This document shows positions 41,286 through 51,122 of a stretch of DNA of 64,000 bases, one piece after another (position 1 is the stretch's first letter; each line of letters begins with the position of its first letter). The notes under the pieces are model-generated. The model saw nothing but the letters and a program-made list of their open reading frames with translations. It made no database searches and was not told the origin of the DNA. A program made the translations under genes and the position numbers. Origin of the DNA: Candidatus Cloacimonadales bacterium. Lineage in GTDB: Bacteria > Cloacimonadota > Cloacimonadia > Cloacimonadales > JAFGVF01. Location of the stretch: NCBI GenBank assembly GCA_963677495.2, contig CAXXOU010000004.1, positions 640,001 through 704,000 on the forward strand, written 5' to 3'.

Positions 41286-42338
41286 ATGAAAAAAGTATTG
41301 TTAAGTGTTGTTCTATTTATCTTTGTAGGTATATCTGCTCTATTCGGATACGTATGGTATGATACAGAGAACAATGATGATTGGACAAATGCCGGTAGTG
41401 GCATTGACCCGGGAAGCGTTGACACCGCATATTTCAGTGGTAATATTAGCGCTAGTGATGATGTGGACTGGTTTGAAGTTCCATTAGATTTGGGCAATAT
41501 ATGTCAGTTCGATTTCGTAAGCTATAGTTCAACAGGTTTAAGTGTGGATTTTTACAGTGATGTCCCCCCTGTGACTGTAGATATGACAGCCGTTCCGTTA
41601 GGAGGCTCATCTACTTCAACCATCCCTGCAACAGCAACTTACTATGCAAGAGTCTATGGTGCAGCAGCTGAGTATCCTGCTACCTATATGATTAAACTAA
41701 CAAACACAGGTAATACATTCTTACCTGTAACATTGTCACATTTTACAGCTACCTTTAACAATGATGGTGTTGGAGTCACATGGACAACACAGTCCGAATC
41801 CAATCTATCCGGATATAACGTTATTCGTAGTCAGAGTTCAGAAATGAATGATGCCATTAATGTAAATGGAGCGATAATAGTAGCCGAAAACTCAACATCA
41901 GTGAATACATACACATTCAGAGATGAGGAGTTAGAAGATGTAGGTGAATACTATTATTGGTTAGAAGTTATTGAGATAGATGGTGGAATCGACTATCATG
42001 GACCGGTGCAAGTAGAAATAAGCGATGATGATCCTTGTAGTGACACTCCTGACATAATCATGCACACCGGAATTATTGGAAGTTTCCCAAATCCATTCTC
42101 AAATCAGACAGATGTAGAAGTAAGTCTTGCAAAATCACAAAGTGTTGAAGTTGCAGTATATAATATCAAAGGTGAGAAGATCAGTGTTATTCACAACGGT
42201 GAAATGGCTGAAGGGTCTCATACATTGAACTGGAATGGTAAAAATGATCACGGAAAAGACGTTGCTAACGGTATATATCTGTTTAGACTGCATAGCTCAG
42301 GCGGAACATATACGCATAAGGTGACTTTCATCAAATAA
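41286..42338 (+). CDS. Secreted protein with PPC-like N-terminal domain, LPVTL.F-type Ig domain and C-terminal sorting domain
   Basis: Signal peptide, DDVDWF, LPVTLSHF...WTTQSESN..GYN, FPNPF...WNG.N..G..VANGIY. Confidence 0.75.
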   Translation: MKKVLLSVVLFIFVGISALFGYVWYDTENNDDWTNAGSGIDPGSVDTAYFSGNISASDDVDWFEVPLDLGNICQFDFVSYSSTGLSVDFYSDVPPVTVDMTAVPLGGSSTSTIPATATYYARVYGAAAEYPATYMIKLTNTGNTFLPVTLSHFTATFNNDGVGVTWTTQSESNLSGYNVIRSQSSEMNDAINVNGAIIVAENSTSVNTYTFRDEELEDVGEYYYWLEVIEIDGGIDYHGPVQVEISDDDPCSDTPDIIMHTGIIGSFPNPFSNQTDVEVSLAKSQSVEVAVYNIKGEKISVIHNGEMAEGSHTLNWNGKNDHGKDVANGIYLFRLHSSGGTYTHKVTFIK

Positions 42339-42456
42339 AAACTCTAATCATTACACAAAGAATAAGGGATGCATCTGCATCCCTTATTCTGTTTTCAGCG
42401 AAATTGTGTCCTGAAAATTTAATATAACACATCGATATTGAAAAAAACTGATTTCA

Positions 42457-42826
42457 ATTTCTTTTGCGATAATGCAAACTTTAACTAAACTCTTTACCAA
42501 AACGCAGTCATCCCACTGTTTTCCCACTGTGCACGCACTGTGCACCCAGTGAAACAGTGGGTTGACAGTGCCTTCACAGTGCGTGCGCAGTGCAAACACA
42601 GTGGGTTGGTGGATAGCTTAGTAAAAGAGAGTAAAAAGGGCAAAAAATATAGCTAAGTTATTGCAAAAGGCACTGTGTATATCTATCTCGGACTTGCTCC
42701 GCAACGAAGTGTAGGGCGAGAACGAAATCCTAGGATATGCGACTTCGAAGTGCTTTTTAGGAAGTCCGTTGCCTTATCAGGCCGACAAACTCCCTGAAAT
42801 GCCGTAAGTCATTGTTATTTGCACTG
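42457..42826 (-). repeat. Dispersed ~370-bp element, copy C (inverted)
   Basis: Its reverse complement aligns with 4137-4505. Confidence 0.9.
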
Positions 42827-42924
42827 CGTACGTAGACTTGATGCATCTATATTGTGAAGAATGATTCAATAATATTAGAGAGAAATGATTTGACAATATT
42901 CCGAATATTTATAAATTCACCTTA

Positions 42925-42958
42925 AACCTTTAATCGAGTCCAGAGAGGCTGAAAGGAG
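42925..42958 (+). promoter_or_regulatory. PyrR-binding stem-loop in the pyr operon leader
   Basis: CCTTTAAT-CG-AGTCCAGAGAGGCT-GAAAGG matches the PyrR consensus ARUCCNGNGAGGYU. TTGACA promoter element at 42890. Confidence 0.85.
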
Positions 42959-43053
42959 AAAAATATGAATCGTATAATCTTAATGCTACATAAGCATAAA
43001 TCCCCTATTTCTTTAAACACCATTACTATATCCAATTATGCAAGGAGTATTTC

Positions 43054-43992
43054 ATGGAAAGCAATCTAAACTTCCTTGGACGCTGCATGTATGACCTCGA
43101 CGACTATTCTGCCGAAGAGATTATTCATATTCTTGAAGCTTCCAAAATTATGAAGGAGATCAATCAGAGGGAATACAAAAAAGTACCAACTCTGAGAGGA
43201 AAGACCGTTTGTACTCTATTCTTCGAGAATAGTACAAGAACACTGATGTCATTTGAACTTGCTGCCAGTCGTTTAAGTGCTGACCTGGTTAGCTTCAATT
43301 CCAGTACTTCATCTCTTGCAAAAGGCGAAAGCTTGCAAGATACTGTTTATACTCTTGATGCAATGGGTATAGATTGCTATATCATTAGGCATAGTTATCC
43401 CGGAAGTCCACAGCTTGTGCATAAGTATTCAAACAAGCCAGTACTTAACGGTGGTGATGGACGTCATGCTCATCCGACTCAGGCATTATTGGATATGTAC
43501 TCAATTTATGAACAGCGTGGTTCTCTTGATGGTATGAAGATTGCTATCGTAGGCGATATTGCTCATAGTCGTGTTGTTCGATCTAACCTTATTGGAATGA
43601 AGAAACTTGGAGCAGATGTTACTATTTGTGGACCAAGAACTCTTATGCCGGGTAAAATGGAAGAAGTTTACGGTTGTAAAGTTAGCTATAACTTAGAGGA
43701 AGCTCTCAAAGATGCTGATGTTGTTATGGGTTTAAGAATGCAACTTGAACGTCAGGCAGAAGGTTTATTCCCAAATCTTGAAGAGTATACAAAACATTAT
43801 GTTCTTTCAAAAGAAACTTTAAAGTTTGCCAAGAAAGATGCTCTAATCATGCACCCCGGTCCAATGAATCGTGGTGTTGAAATTTTGCCTGAAATAGCTG
43901 ATAGTGATCGTTCATTGGTTTTACAACAGGTAGCCAACGGTGTTGCCGTAAGAATGGCCCTGTTGTATCTCATGCTCGGTGGAAAGATGTAG
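43054..43992 (+). CDS. pyrB: Aspartate carbamoyltransferase catalytic subunit
   Basis: FFENSTRT, HPTQALLD, HPGPMNRG. Confidence 0.97.
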   Translation: MESNLNFLGRCMYDLDDYSAEEIIHILEASKIMKEINQREYKKVPTLRGKTVCTLFFENSTRTLMSFELAASRLSADLVSFNSSTSSLAKGESLQDTVYTLDAMGIDCYIIRHSYPGSPQLVHKYSNKPVLNGGDGRHAHPTQALLDMYSIYEQRGSLDGMKIAIVGDIAHSRVVRSNLIGMKKLGADVTICGPRTLMPGKMEEVYGCKVSYNLEEALKDADVVMGLRMQLERQAEGLFPNLEEYTKHYVLSKETLKFAKKDALIMHPGPMNRGVEILPEIADSDRSLVLQQVANGVAVRMALLYLMLGGKM

Positions 43993-44001
43993 GAGGAAAC
44001 A

Positions 44002-45282
44002 ATGAAGATAGTAATACAAAATGGTAAAGTATATCAGAACGGTTCATTTGAAAGAAAAGATATCCTCGTGAACGGGGAATTGATAGAGAAGATAGATACT
44101 GCAATTATTGCAGCTGATGCAGATAAAGTTATCGATGCAGAAGGTCAGATAGTAGTACCCGGTTTTATTGATTTACATGCTCATTTAAGAGATCCGGGAC
44201 AAGTTTACAAAGAGGACATTGTTACAGGTACTAAAGCTGCAGCTAAAGGTGGATTCACTACTGTTTGTGCTATGCCTAATACAGAACCTGTAGTAGATAG
44301 TGTTGCTAATGTTGAATATATTAGTAGAAAAGCTGCTGAACTTGGCTTTGCAAGAGTAAAAGTTATTGGTGCAATGACTAAGAAATCAGAGGGTAAAGAA
44401 CTATCCTTGATGTCCACAATGAAAGATGGTGGCATTGTAGCTGTAAGCGATGACGGACGTTGTGTTCAGAATACAAAGCTTATGCAGAACTGTATGAAGT
44501 ATGCCGGTAACTATGAGTTACCTGTAATTATTCACCCTGAAGACTATGATTTAGCCGGAAAAGGTCAGATTAATGGTGGCAGATACTCTACACAACTTGG
44601 TTTAGGGGCAATACCAGGCCTTGCAGAAGACATTATCGTTTCAAGAGACATCATGTTGGCTAGAAGCACTGGTTGCCACCTTCATGTCGCTCATGTATCA
44701 ACTGCTAGAAGTATCCAGATGATAAGAGATGCTAAAGCTGAAGGTTTAAATGTTACAACCGAAGTTACTCCTCATCATCTAACATTAACACATGACAAGC
44801 TTGTGACATTTGACACAAACTATAAATGTAAACCTCCTCTTAGAGATGACAAAGATAGATTAGCATGTATTGAAGGTCTTCTTGATGGTACAATTGATTG
44901 TATTGCAACTGATCATGCTCCACATGCAGATTATGAGAAAGAGAGAGAGTTCAACCTTGCACCATTCGGAATCAATGGCTTTGAAGCCGCATTTGGTTCG
45001 ATGTATACAGATCTTATTACTAAAGATGTACTACCTTTAAACATAGTTATAGATGCTCTTACCAGGAAACCTGCTGAATTCCTTAAGTTAAATTCGGGGG
45101 AATTGAAAGAAGGACTTCTGGCTGATATTACCGTTATTGATCTTGAAAGAGAGTTTACTCTTACTGAAGATAATATGCAATCAAAATCAACAAATACACC
45201 GTATATTAATGTTCCGTTAAAGGGGACGGTTACTAATACAATATGTGGTGGCAAGGTAACCTGGGAAATAGAGAATGTATAA
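44002..45282 (+). CDS. pyrC: Dihydroorotase (class I)
   Basis: DLHAHLRDPG, MPNT.P, EVTPHHL, ATDHAPH. Confidence 0.96.
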   Translation: MKIVIQNGKVYQNGSFERKDILVNGELIEKIDTAIIAADADKVIDAEGQIVVPGFIDLHAHLRDPGQVYKEDIVTGTKAAAKGGFTTVCAMPNTEPVVDSVANVEYISRKAAELGFARVKVIGAMTKKSEGKELSLMSTMKDGGIVAVSDDGRCVQNTKLMQNCMKYAGNYELPVIIHPEDYDLAGKGQINGGRYSTQLGLGAIPGLAEDIIVSRDIMLARSTGCHLHVAHVSTARSIQMIRDAKAEGLNVTTEVTPHHLTLTHDKLVTFDTNYKCKPPLRDDKDRLACIEGLLDGTIDCIATDHAPHADYEKEREFNLAPFGINGFEAAFGSMYTDLITKDVLPLNIVIDALTRKPAEFLKLNSGELKEGLLADITVIDLEREFTLTEDNMQSKSTNTPYINVPLKGTVTNTICGGKVTWEIENV

Positions 45283-46030
45283 AACCTGTACAATAACCGA
45301 CTACCGAGAAATGGGAGTTGATTACTTCGTACTGACTATTTGTGAAGCTGACCTGGCACAGAATGCTGTTGCCGGGCAGTTTTTCAATTTAGGCTACACT
45401 AATGGTGATGTTCCAAGACTAAAGAAACCAATAAGCATTTATGATGTAGATGGTGATAGAATCTCATTTATGATAAAGAAACTTGGGAAAGGTACTGAAG
45501 CCTTATCAAAACTAAGAGCTGGTGATGAGATGAAAGTACTGGGTCCGCTTGGTAACGGATTCCCATTATTAGTAGATAGAAATGTCCTTTTGATTAGTGG
45601 TGGAGTTGGTTATCCACCAATGGTACATTTGAAGAAAGAGCTTAAGAAGTGTACTATAACTCATCTGCATGGTGGCAGAACAGAAACAGATATCTTTCCT
45701 TGTGATATTGCATATACAGAAGATGGTTCAAAAGGAGAGACAGGTCTTGTTACAAAGGACTTGGAGAAGATAATCAATGAGAAGAACATCAATGTCATAT
45801 ACACATGTGGCCCTGATCCAATGATGCATGCTATCGGTAAAATCGCAAAAGCAATGAAAGTTGAATGTCACTTATCACTTGAAGAGTACATGGCATGTGG
45901 AATTGGAGCATGCTATGGTTGTGCTGTTCGAATAAAAGCTGATAATGAGGATGGTTTTGTGAATAAACGAGTTTGTAAAGATGGACCTGTCTTTGAGATA
46001 AACGAGTTATGGGTGGCAGAAAATGAATAG
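45275..46030 (+). CDS. pyrK: Dihydroorotate dehydrogenase electron-transfer subunit
   Basis: GPLGNGF, GGVG.PP, MACGIGACYGC...C.DGPVF [2Fe-2S] motif. Confidence 0.95.
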   Translation: MYKTCTITDYREMGVDYFVLTICEADLAQNAVAGQFFNLGYTNGDVPRLKKPISIYDVDGDRISFMIKKLGKGTEALSKLRAGDEMKVLGPLGNGFPLLVDRNVLLISGGVGYPPMVHLKKELKKCTITHLHGGRTETDIFPCDIAYTEDGSKGETGLVTKDLEKIINEKNINVIYTCGPDPMMHAIGKIAKAMKVECHLSLEEYMACGIGACYGCAVRIKADNEDGFVNKRVCKDGPVFEINELWVAENE

Positions 46031-46928
46031 ATTAGCTACAGGTCTGGGAAGACTTAAACTTAAAAATCCGGTCACTGTTGCTTCAGGTACTTTCAGTTAC
46101 GATTACTCTGATTATGTAGATTTCAATAAGCTAGGTGCAATCGTAACGAAGACTATTACAAAAGCTCCGAGAGCAGGAAATCCGACTCCTCGTTTGTTTG
46201 AAACAGAAGCCGGATTACTTAACTCGATTGGTTTGCAAAATCCCGGTCTTGAAGGTTTCGTAGTAAATGAATTACCGAAATACAATAAATGGGAAGCTCC
46301 ATTATTAGTTAGCCTTTCCGGTTCAAGTATTGAAGAGTTCTGTGAGATTGTAGAACGAATGGAAGAAGAAAACTGTGCCGGTTATGAGATAAACGTATCA
46401 TGTCCCAATGTGAAGAATGAGGGTATTGCTTTTGGTGTTGACCCGATTGTAGTAAATGAGTTAACCACAAAGTTGCGCAAGATAACTGATAGAGAACTGA
46501 TTATAAAATTATCTCCAAACGTAACCGATATAGTATCTGTAGCGAAAGCTGCCCGAGATGGTGGTGCTGATAGCTTAGCTCTTATTAACACACTTTTAGG
46601 TATGGCAATTGATTGGAAAACAGGGAAGAGTCGCATTGCAAAAGGCATTTGTGGTTATAGTGGTATCTCAATCAAACCGGTTGCACTAAGCAATGTTTAT
46701 AGAGTCGCTAAAGCTGTTGATATACCTATTCTTGCAATGGGTGGAATCTCGACCTTTGAGGATGCATTGGAATTCTTCTATGCAGGTGCAAGTGTGATAG
46801 CAGTTGGTACTGAGAACTTTATGAACCCACTTGCTACAGTTGACCTTATAGAAAATCTTGACAAACATCTTAAAGAAAAGAACCAATCACTACATGAGAT
46901 TATTGGAAAAGTATCCGGTATTGTTTAA
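46023..46928 (+). CDS. pyrD: Dihydroorotate dehydrogenase 1B catalytic subunit
   Basis: ASGTF, GNPTPRL.ET, NSIGLQNPG, NVSCPNV, KLSPNVTD. Confidence 0.96.
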   Translation: MNRLATGLGRLKLKNPVTVASGTFSYDYSDYVDFNKLGAIVTKTITKAPRAGNPTPRLFETEAGLLNSIGLQNPGLEGFVVNELPKYNKWEAPLLVSLSGSSIEEFCEIVERMEEENCAGYEINVSCPNVKNEGIAFGVDPIVVNELTTKLRKITDRELIIKLSPNVTDIVSVAKAARDGGADSLALINTLLGMAIDWKTGKSRIAKGICGYSGISIKPVALSNVYRVAKAVDIPILAMGGISTFEDALEFFYAGASVIAVGTENFMNPLATVDLIENLDKHLKEKNQSLHEIIGKVSGIV

Positions 46929-47679
46929 TATCAAACGAAATATTGTTACATATAGATTAGGGTTAGCAATAACCCTAATTTTGCTTTTTAGTATCACAAA
47001 TACTAATGCCATTCAGCTTCCAAACTTTAACAATTATCAGGCCGGATCAGAGCGAAAAGAAGCTTTTTATCGATTCTTCATACCTATCATAACTAAAGAG
47101 AATGAAAAGATTCTTAAAGAACGTAATTTCATGCTATCATTCAAGTTTAAATATGATAATGGAATTGACATCTCTGTTACTGAGATTAGAAAGTTTCATG
47201 AGTTAGCGAAAAGGTACAAACTTAAAACCAAGAATTTTGATAAACCTGAGTTTTGGAACGAAGTGAATAAGCGTGTTGACCATATACCATTGGAGATTGC
47301 TCTGACTCAAGCTGCAGTGGAATCAGGCTGGGGAACTTCAGGCTTTGCGAGACAAGCAAACAATATCTTTGGAGTATGGACATTTAAACAGGGAACAGGG
47401 ATTGTCCCTAAAGAACGAGCTCCTGGTGCAACCCATGAAGTTAGAATTTATGATAGTGTTGAAGCTTCTATTTCAAGTTACATGCTGAACTTAAATACTA
47501 ACAAAGCCTATCGTAAGTTCAGAGATATAAGATGGGAGCTTAGATTAGAGGGTGTAGCCATGGATCCTGTGTTAATGTGTGAAGGATTAAAATACTATTC
47601 TCAAAAGAAGCTGGAATATGTTAATCTTCTCCAGAAAATGATAAGAAAAGATAGCGACTTGATATTAGAAAATAAGTAA
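46921..47679 (+). CDS. Glucosaminidase-domain (GH73, Bax-like) protein; start uncertain
   Basis: QAAVESGWGTS.FARQANNIFG and SYMLNLNT..AY motifs; N-terminal TM or signal sequence. Confidence 0.85.
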   Translation: MFNIKRNIVTYRLGLAITLILLFSITNTNAIQLPNFNNYQAGSERKEAFYRFFIPIITKENEKILKERNFMLSFKFKYDNGIDISVTEIRKFHELAKRYKLKTKNFDKPEFWNEVNKRVDHIPLEIALTQAAVESGWGTSGFARQANNIFGVWTFKQGTGIVPKERAPGATHEVRIYDSVEASISSYMLNLNTNKAYRKFRDIRWELRLEGVAMDPVLMCEGLKYYSQKKLEYVNLLQKMIRKDSDLILENK

Positions 47680-47691
47680 AAGAAGAGAGTT

Positions 47692-48657
47692 ATGGAAATT
47701 ATTAAAACTTTGCGTGAAGAGATGAATCTCGAAGCAGATGCGATAAAAGAAACAGCGAATAGGTTAGATGAAGAAGCAAAAAAGGCTTTTGAACTTATAA
47801 GAGATTGTAAAGGTAAAGTAGTTGTGACCGGTATGGGTAAGACCGGGCTAATAGGCAGGAAAGTTGCTGCAACTCTAGCAAGTACCGGAACTACATCAAT
47901 CTTTCTGCATGCTGCCGAAGGTATTCATGGTGATTTGGGTATGCTTACAGAAGATGATGTAATCATAGCAATCTCATATTCCGGTAACACAAAAGAAGTG
48001 TTAGACTTAATCCCTTACCTAAAGTTTTTGAAGTTGCCGATCATTGCAATTACAGGTAATATAGAGTCTCAATTAGCTATCTCTTCTGATGCTGTTATCG
48101 ATGGGTTTGTCCCACCTGAAAACGAACCTTTAGGTTTAGTTCCAACCTCTTCTACAACTGTTGCTCTGGCTATCTGTGATGCATTGGCCATAGCACTATT
48201 AAGAGCCAGAAACTTTGAAGAGAAAGATTATGCTTTATTCCATCCCGGTGGAACAATAGGTAAGAAGCTATTGCTTAGAGTAAATGATTTAATGCACAAA
48301 GGTATGGATTTACCTATAGTATCTGCAGAAACTCAGTTGTTTGAAGCAATCTCAATTATGACTGAGAAGAAGTTGGGTTGTACAACAGTCATATCAGAAA
48401 GCATTATGATTGGTATTATCACGGATGGAGACCTCAGACGAATAATGCAGAAGAGGAAAGGAGAACTTCTCGAGTTACCAGTGACAGAAGTCATGACTAA
48501 AGATCCTGTTTCTGTTACTCCAGATATTTTAGCTGTAGAGGCAATAATTATTATGGAAAAGCACAACATAACAATGCTTCCTGTTGTTGATAATGATAAA
48601 CATCCTGTTGGGCTCCTACATATGCATGATTTAATTAAAGCCGGTGTAGTAGGATAG
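47692..48657 (+). CDS. kdsD: Arabinose-5-phosphate isomerase, KpsF/GutQ family (SIS + 2 CBS)
   Basis: VVTGMGK, HGDLG, PTSST, FHPGG, CBS pair. Confidence 0.92.
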   Translation: MEIIKTLREEMNLEADAIKETANRLDEEAKKAFELIRDCKGKVVVTGMGKTGLIGRKVAATLASTGTTSIFLHAAEGIHGDLGMLTEDDVIIAISYSGNTKEVLDLIPYLKFLKLPIIAITGNIESQLAISSDAVIDGFVPPENEPLGLVPTSSTTVALAICDALAIALLRARNFEEKDYALFHPGGTIGKKLLLRVNDLMHKGMDLPIVSAETQLFEAISIMTEKKLGCTTVISESIMIGIITDGDLRRIMQKRKGELLELPVTEVMTKDPVSVTPDILAVEAIIIMEKHNITMLPVVDNDKHPVGLLHMHDLIKAGVVG

Positions 48658-48658
48658 A

Positions 48659-49096
48659 ATGAAGCTTATACTTCAAAGAGTAAGTAATGCATCTGTGACA
48701 GTTGATAACAAAGTGATCTCATCCATAGGGAAGGGGTTGCTAGTTCTTTGTGGTGTCGGAAAGGATGATACGAACGAAGTATTACCATGGTTAGCAAACA
48801 AGATGGTTAATCTAAGAATCTTTGAAGATGAGAACGGTAAGATGAATAAATCCTTACTTGATATTGATGGTGAGGTTATCATTGTCTCACAATTCACACT
48901 TTATGCTGATTGCTCTCGAGGAAGAAGACCTGATTTCCTCAAATCAGCCAAGCCGGAGCTAGCTGAAAAACTATATGACAGGTTCTGTGAAGAGGTTGAG
49001 TTTTTTGGTCTTAATGTAAAGAAAGGTATCTTTGGAGCAGATATGAAAGTCAGTTTGCTCAATGATGGTCCTATAACAATTACCCTTGAAAAGTAG
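48659..49096 (+). CDS. dtd: D-aminoacyl-tRNA deacylase
   Basis: QRV..ASV, SQFTL, NDGP.T motifs. Confidence 0.96.
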   Translation: MKLILQRVSNASVTVDNKVISSIGKGLLVLCGVGKDDTNEVLPWLANKMVNLRIFEDENGKMNKSLLDIDGEVIIVSQFTLYADCSRGRRPDFLKSAKPELAEKLYDRFCEEVEFFGLNVKKGIFGADMKVSLLNDGPITITLEK

Positions 49097-49235
49097 TATA
49101 CTCACTCAAAAAATGCATATACTCAAATAAACAGTAAAAGTAGTAGACAATTTGGAACAATTCTTACAAATGTAGTTACGATTAAAGACTATTGGAGTAA
49201 GGATTATTAAAAAAGGTGTATTAGTATCCATAGCC

Positions 49236-51122
49236 ATGATGATTGTGTCATTTATTTTGGCAGAAGTAAATCATTATGTGACTATTGACACATTGCGTAT
49301 TGCAGCAGATAAAGCCAAGATTGAACAACAATGGAATGTTGTTGTTCAAAAATATCTTGATATATCTTCTCTATACCAAATGACCGGTGATGTAGATAGC
49401 CTTCTTTACTACTCCGAAAGAGCTTACGAAGTTTCAGAACAGAACAAACTTGATGAACTAATGGCTCACTCTTTAAACCATATTGGTAGCTATTATAATT
49501 ACACAGGAGATTACAGTAGAGCTTTAGAGTATTTCCACAGGGCATTGCCTCTTTACATGGAAGAAAAGGATAGTCTACGTGTCTCATCAATCTATGAAAA
49601 TATTGGCAAAACGCATAAAGATTTAGGAAACTATTCGAATGCAATTACATATCTTCTCAAAGCTACTCAAATGCTTGAACGCAACGAGAACCTTGATATA
49701 CGTCCATCCATATACACAACGTTGGGTTCAATATTCTACAGGATGAAAGATTATCGTAGCATGCTACGTTATCTCATCCAATCTCAGCAGATGCTTGAAG
49801 ATGAACGCGTTTTAACAACCGAACATGCAATCCTGTTCAATGAGTTCGGAAAATATCATGATGGTACAGGAGACTTAAAATCAGCTAAGAAGAATTTCCA
49901 GAAAACTGTGGATATTAGTAACGAGATTGGTTGGAAACTAGGTGTTTCAACCGGGTTAAGTAATCTAGCTGACATCTTTTACTTAGAAGGTGATCTCGAC
50001 AAAGCTCTTAGTAATCATCTCCGAATTCTTGATATTGATCGTGAAATTGAGAACAACTATGGAATAGTGAAAGATTTTCTTTTTATCAGTGAAATCTATT
50101 TTGATATGAGTATGTTTAAAACTGCGGAAGCATACGCTGATTCTTCACTTAGCATTGCCCTTGATAAGGGTATGGCTGCCGAGATATCTGCTGTATTAAA
50201 TCTTCAAAGTAGAATCTATCAGAAACAGAACAGAATTAAGGACGCCTTCGATAAATTCTATCTCTTCTATACATACGAAGATAGTTTAGAAAATATTGAA
50301 TATAAAAAACATCTGAGTGACCTTTCAGAAAAATATCAAGTTGCTGTGAATGAACGCAGATTGCTAGAGGAGCAAACTGAGAAGAAGATGCTCAAGCAAC
50401 GTTCTTTATTGCTATTGTATGCTTTAATCACGATGATCATGATAATTCTTACTGTTATAGTGTTGAGTTTCCAGCGTAATCTTAAGAATAGATATAGGAC
50501 TCTGATGCTAAAACAACAGCTCTTCAGGGCACAGATGAATCCTCATTTTATATTCAACTCATTAAGTGCAATCCAACATTACATCTTAAAGAATAAAACA
50601 TCACTAGCAGCTGAGTTCCTTGGAGCTTATTCCAGGCTTATGAGACTTATCCTTGAAAGCTCAGATTGTAATCTGATTTCATTAGAAAAGGAACTTGATA
50701 TTGTCAGAATCCAGTTAGAACTTGAGAAGCTAAGATTTGGTGACAAGTTTGTTTATAAACTGGATATTCAGGAAGATATTGAATTTGAGGATTTATATGT
50801 TCCTCCAATGTTATTACAACCTCTAGTTGAGAACTCTATTAAACATGGTTTCAGCGACATCAATTATCAAGGAGAAATCTATGTGTCTGTATGTTATGAG
50901 GATAACAAACTTACACTTATTGAAACTGACAATGGATCCGGAACGATGTCTCAAGAGTTTTATAAGAAATCTCATGCCCTTAGTATTATGAAACAACGTC
51001 TGGAACTATTAAAGAATGTAAAAAATATTGACACAGAATTAAATGTTTGCACAAATCAATCAAAGGGAATCAAAACGGAGATTATAATCCACAATCCTGA
51101 AAAACTCATACAGGAGCTATAA
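49236..51122 (+). CDS. TPR-repeat sensor histidine kinase, LytS/YesM type; true start may be slightly upstream
   Basis: TPR repeats, TM helix, AQMNPHFIFNSL, QPLVENSIKHG. Confidence 0.9.
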   Translation: MMIVSFILAEVNHYVTIDTLRIAADKAKIEQQWNVVVQKYLDISSLYQMTGDVDSLLYYSERAYEVSEQNKLDELMAHSLNHIGSYYNYTGDYSRALEYFHRALPLYMEEKDSLRVSSIYENIGKTHKDLGNYSNAITYLLKATQMLERNENLDIRPSIYTTLGSIFYRMKDYRSMLRYLIQSQQMLEDERVLTTEHAILFNEFGKYHDGTGDLKSAKKNFQKTVDISNEIGWKLGVSTGLSNLADIFYLEGDLDKALSNHLRILDIDREIENNYGIVKDFLFISEIYFDMSMFKTAEAYADSSLSIALDKGMAAEISAVLNLQSRIYQKQNRIKDAFDKFYLFYTYEDSLENIEYKKHLSDLSEKYQVAVNERRLLEEQTEKKMLKQRSLLLLYALITMIMIILTVIVLSFQRNLKNRYRTLMLKQQLFRAQMNPHFIFNSLSAIQHYILKNKTSLAAEFLGAYSRLMRLILESSDCNLISLEKELDIVRIQLELEKLRFGDKFVYKLDIQEDIEFEDLYVPPMLLQPLVENSIKHGFSDINYQGEIYVSVCYEDNKLTLIETDNGSGTMSQEFYKKSHALSIMKQRLELLKNVKNIDTELNVCTNQSKGIKTEIIIHNPEKLIQEL

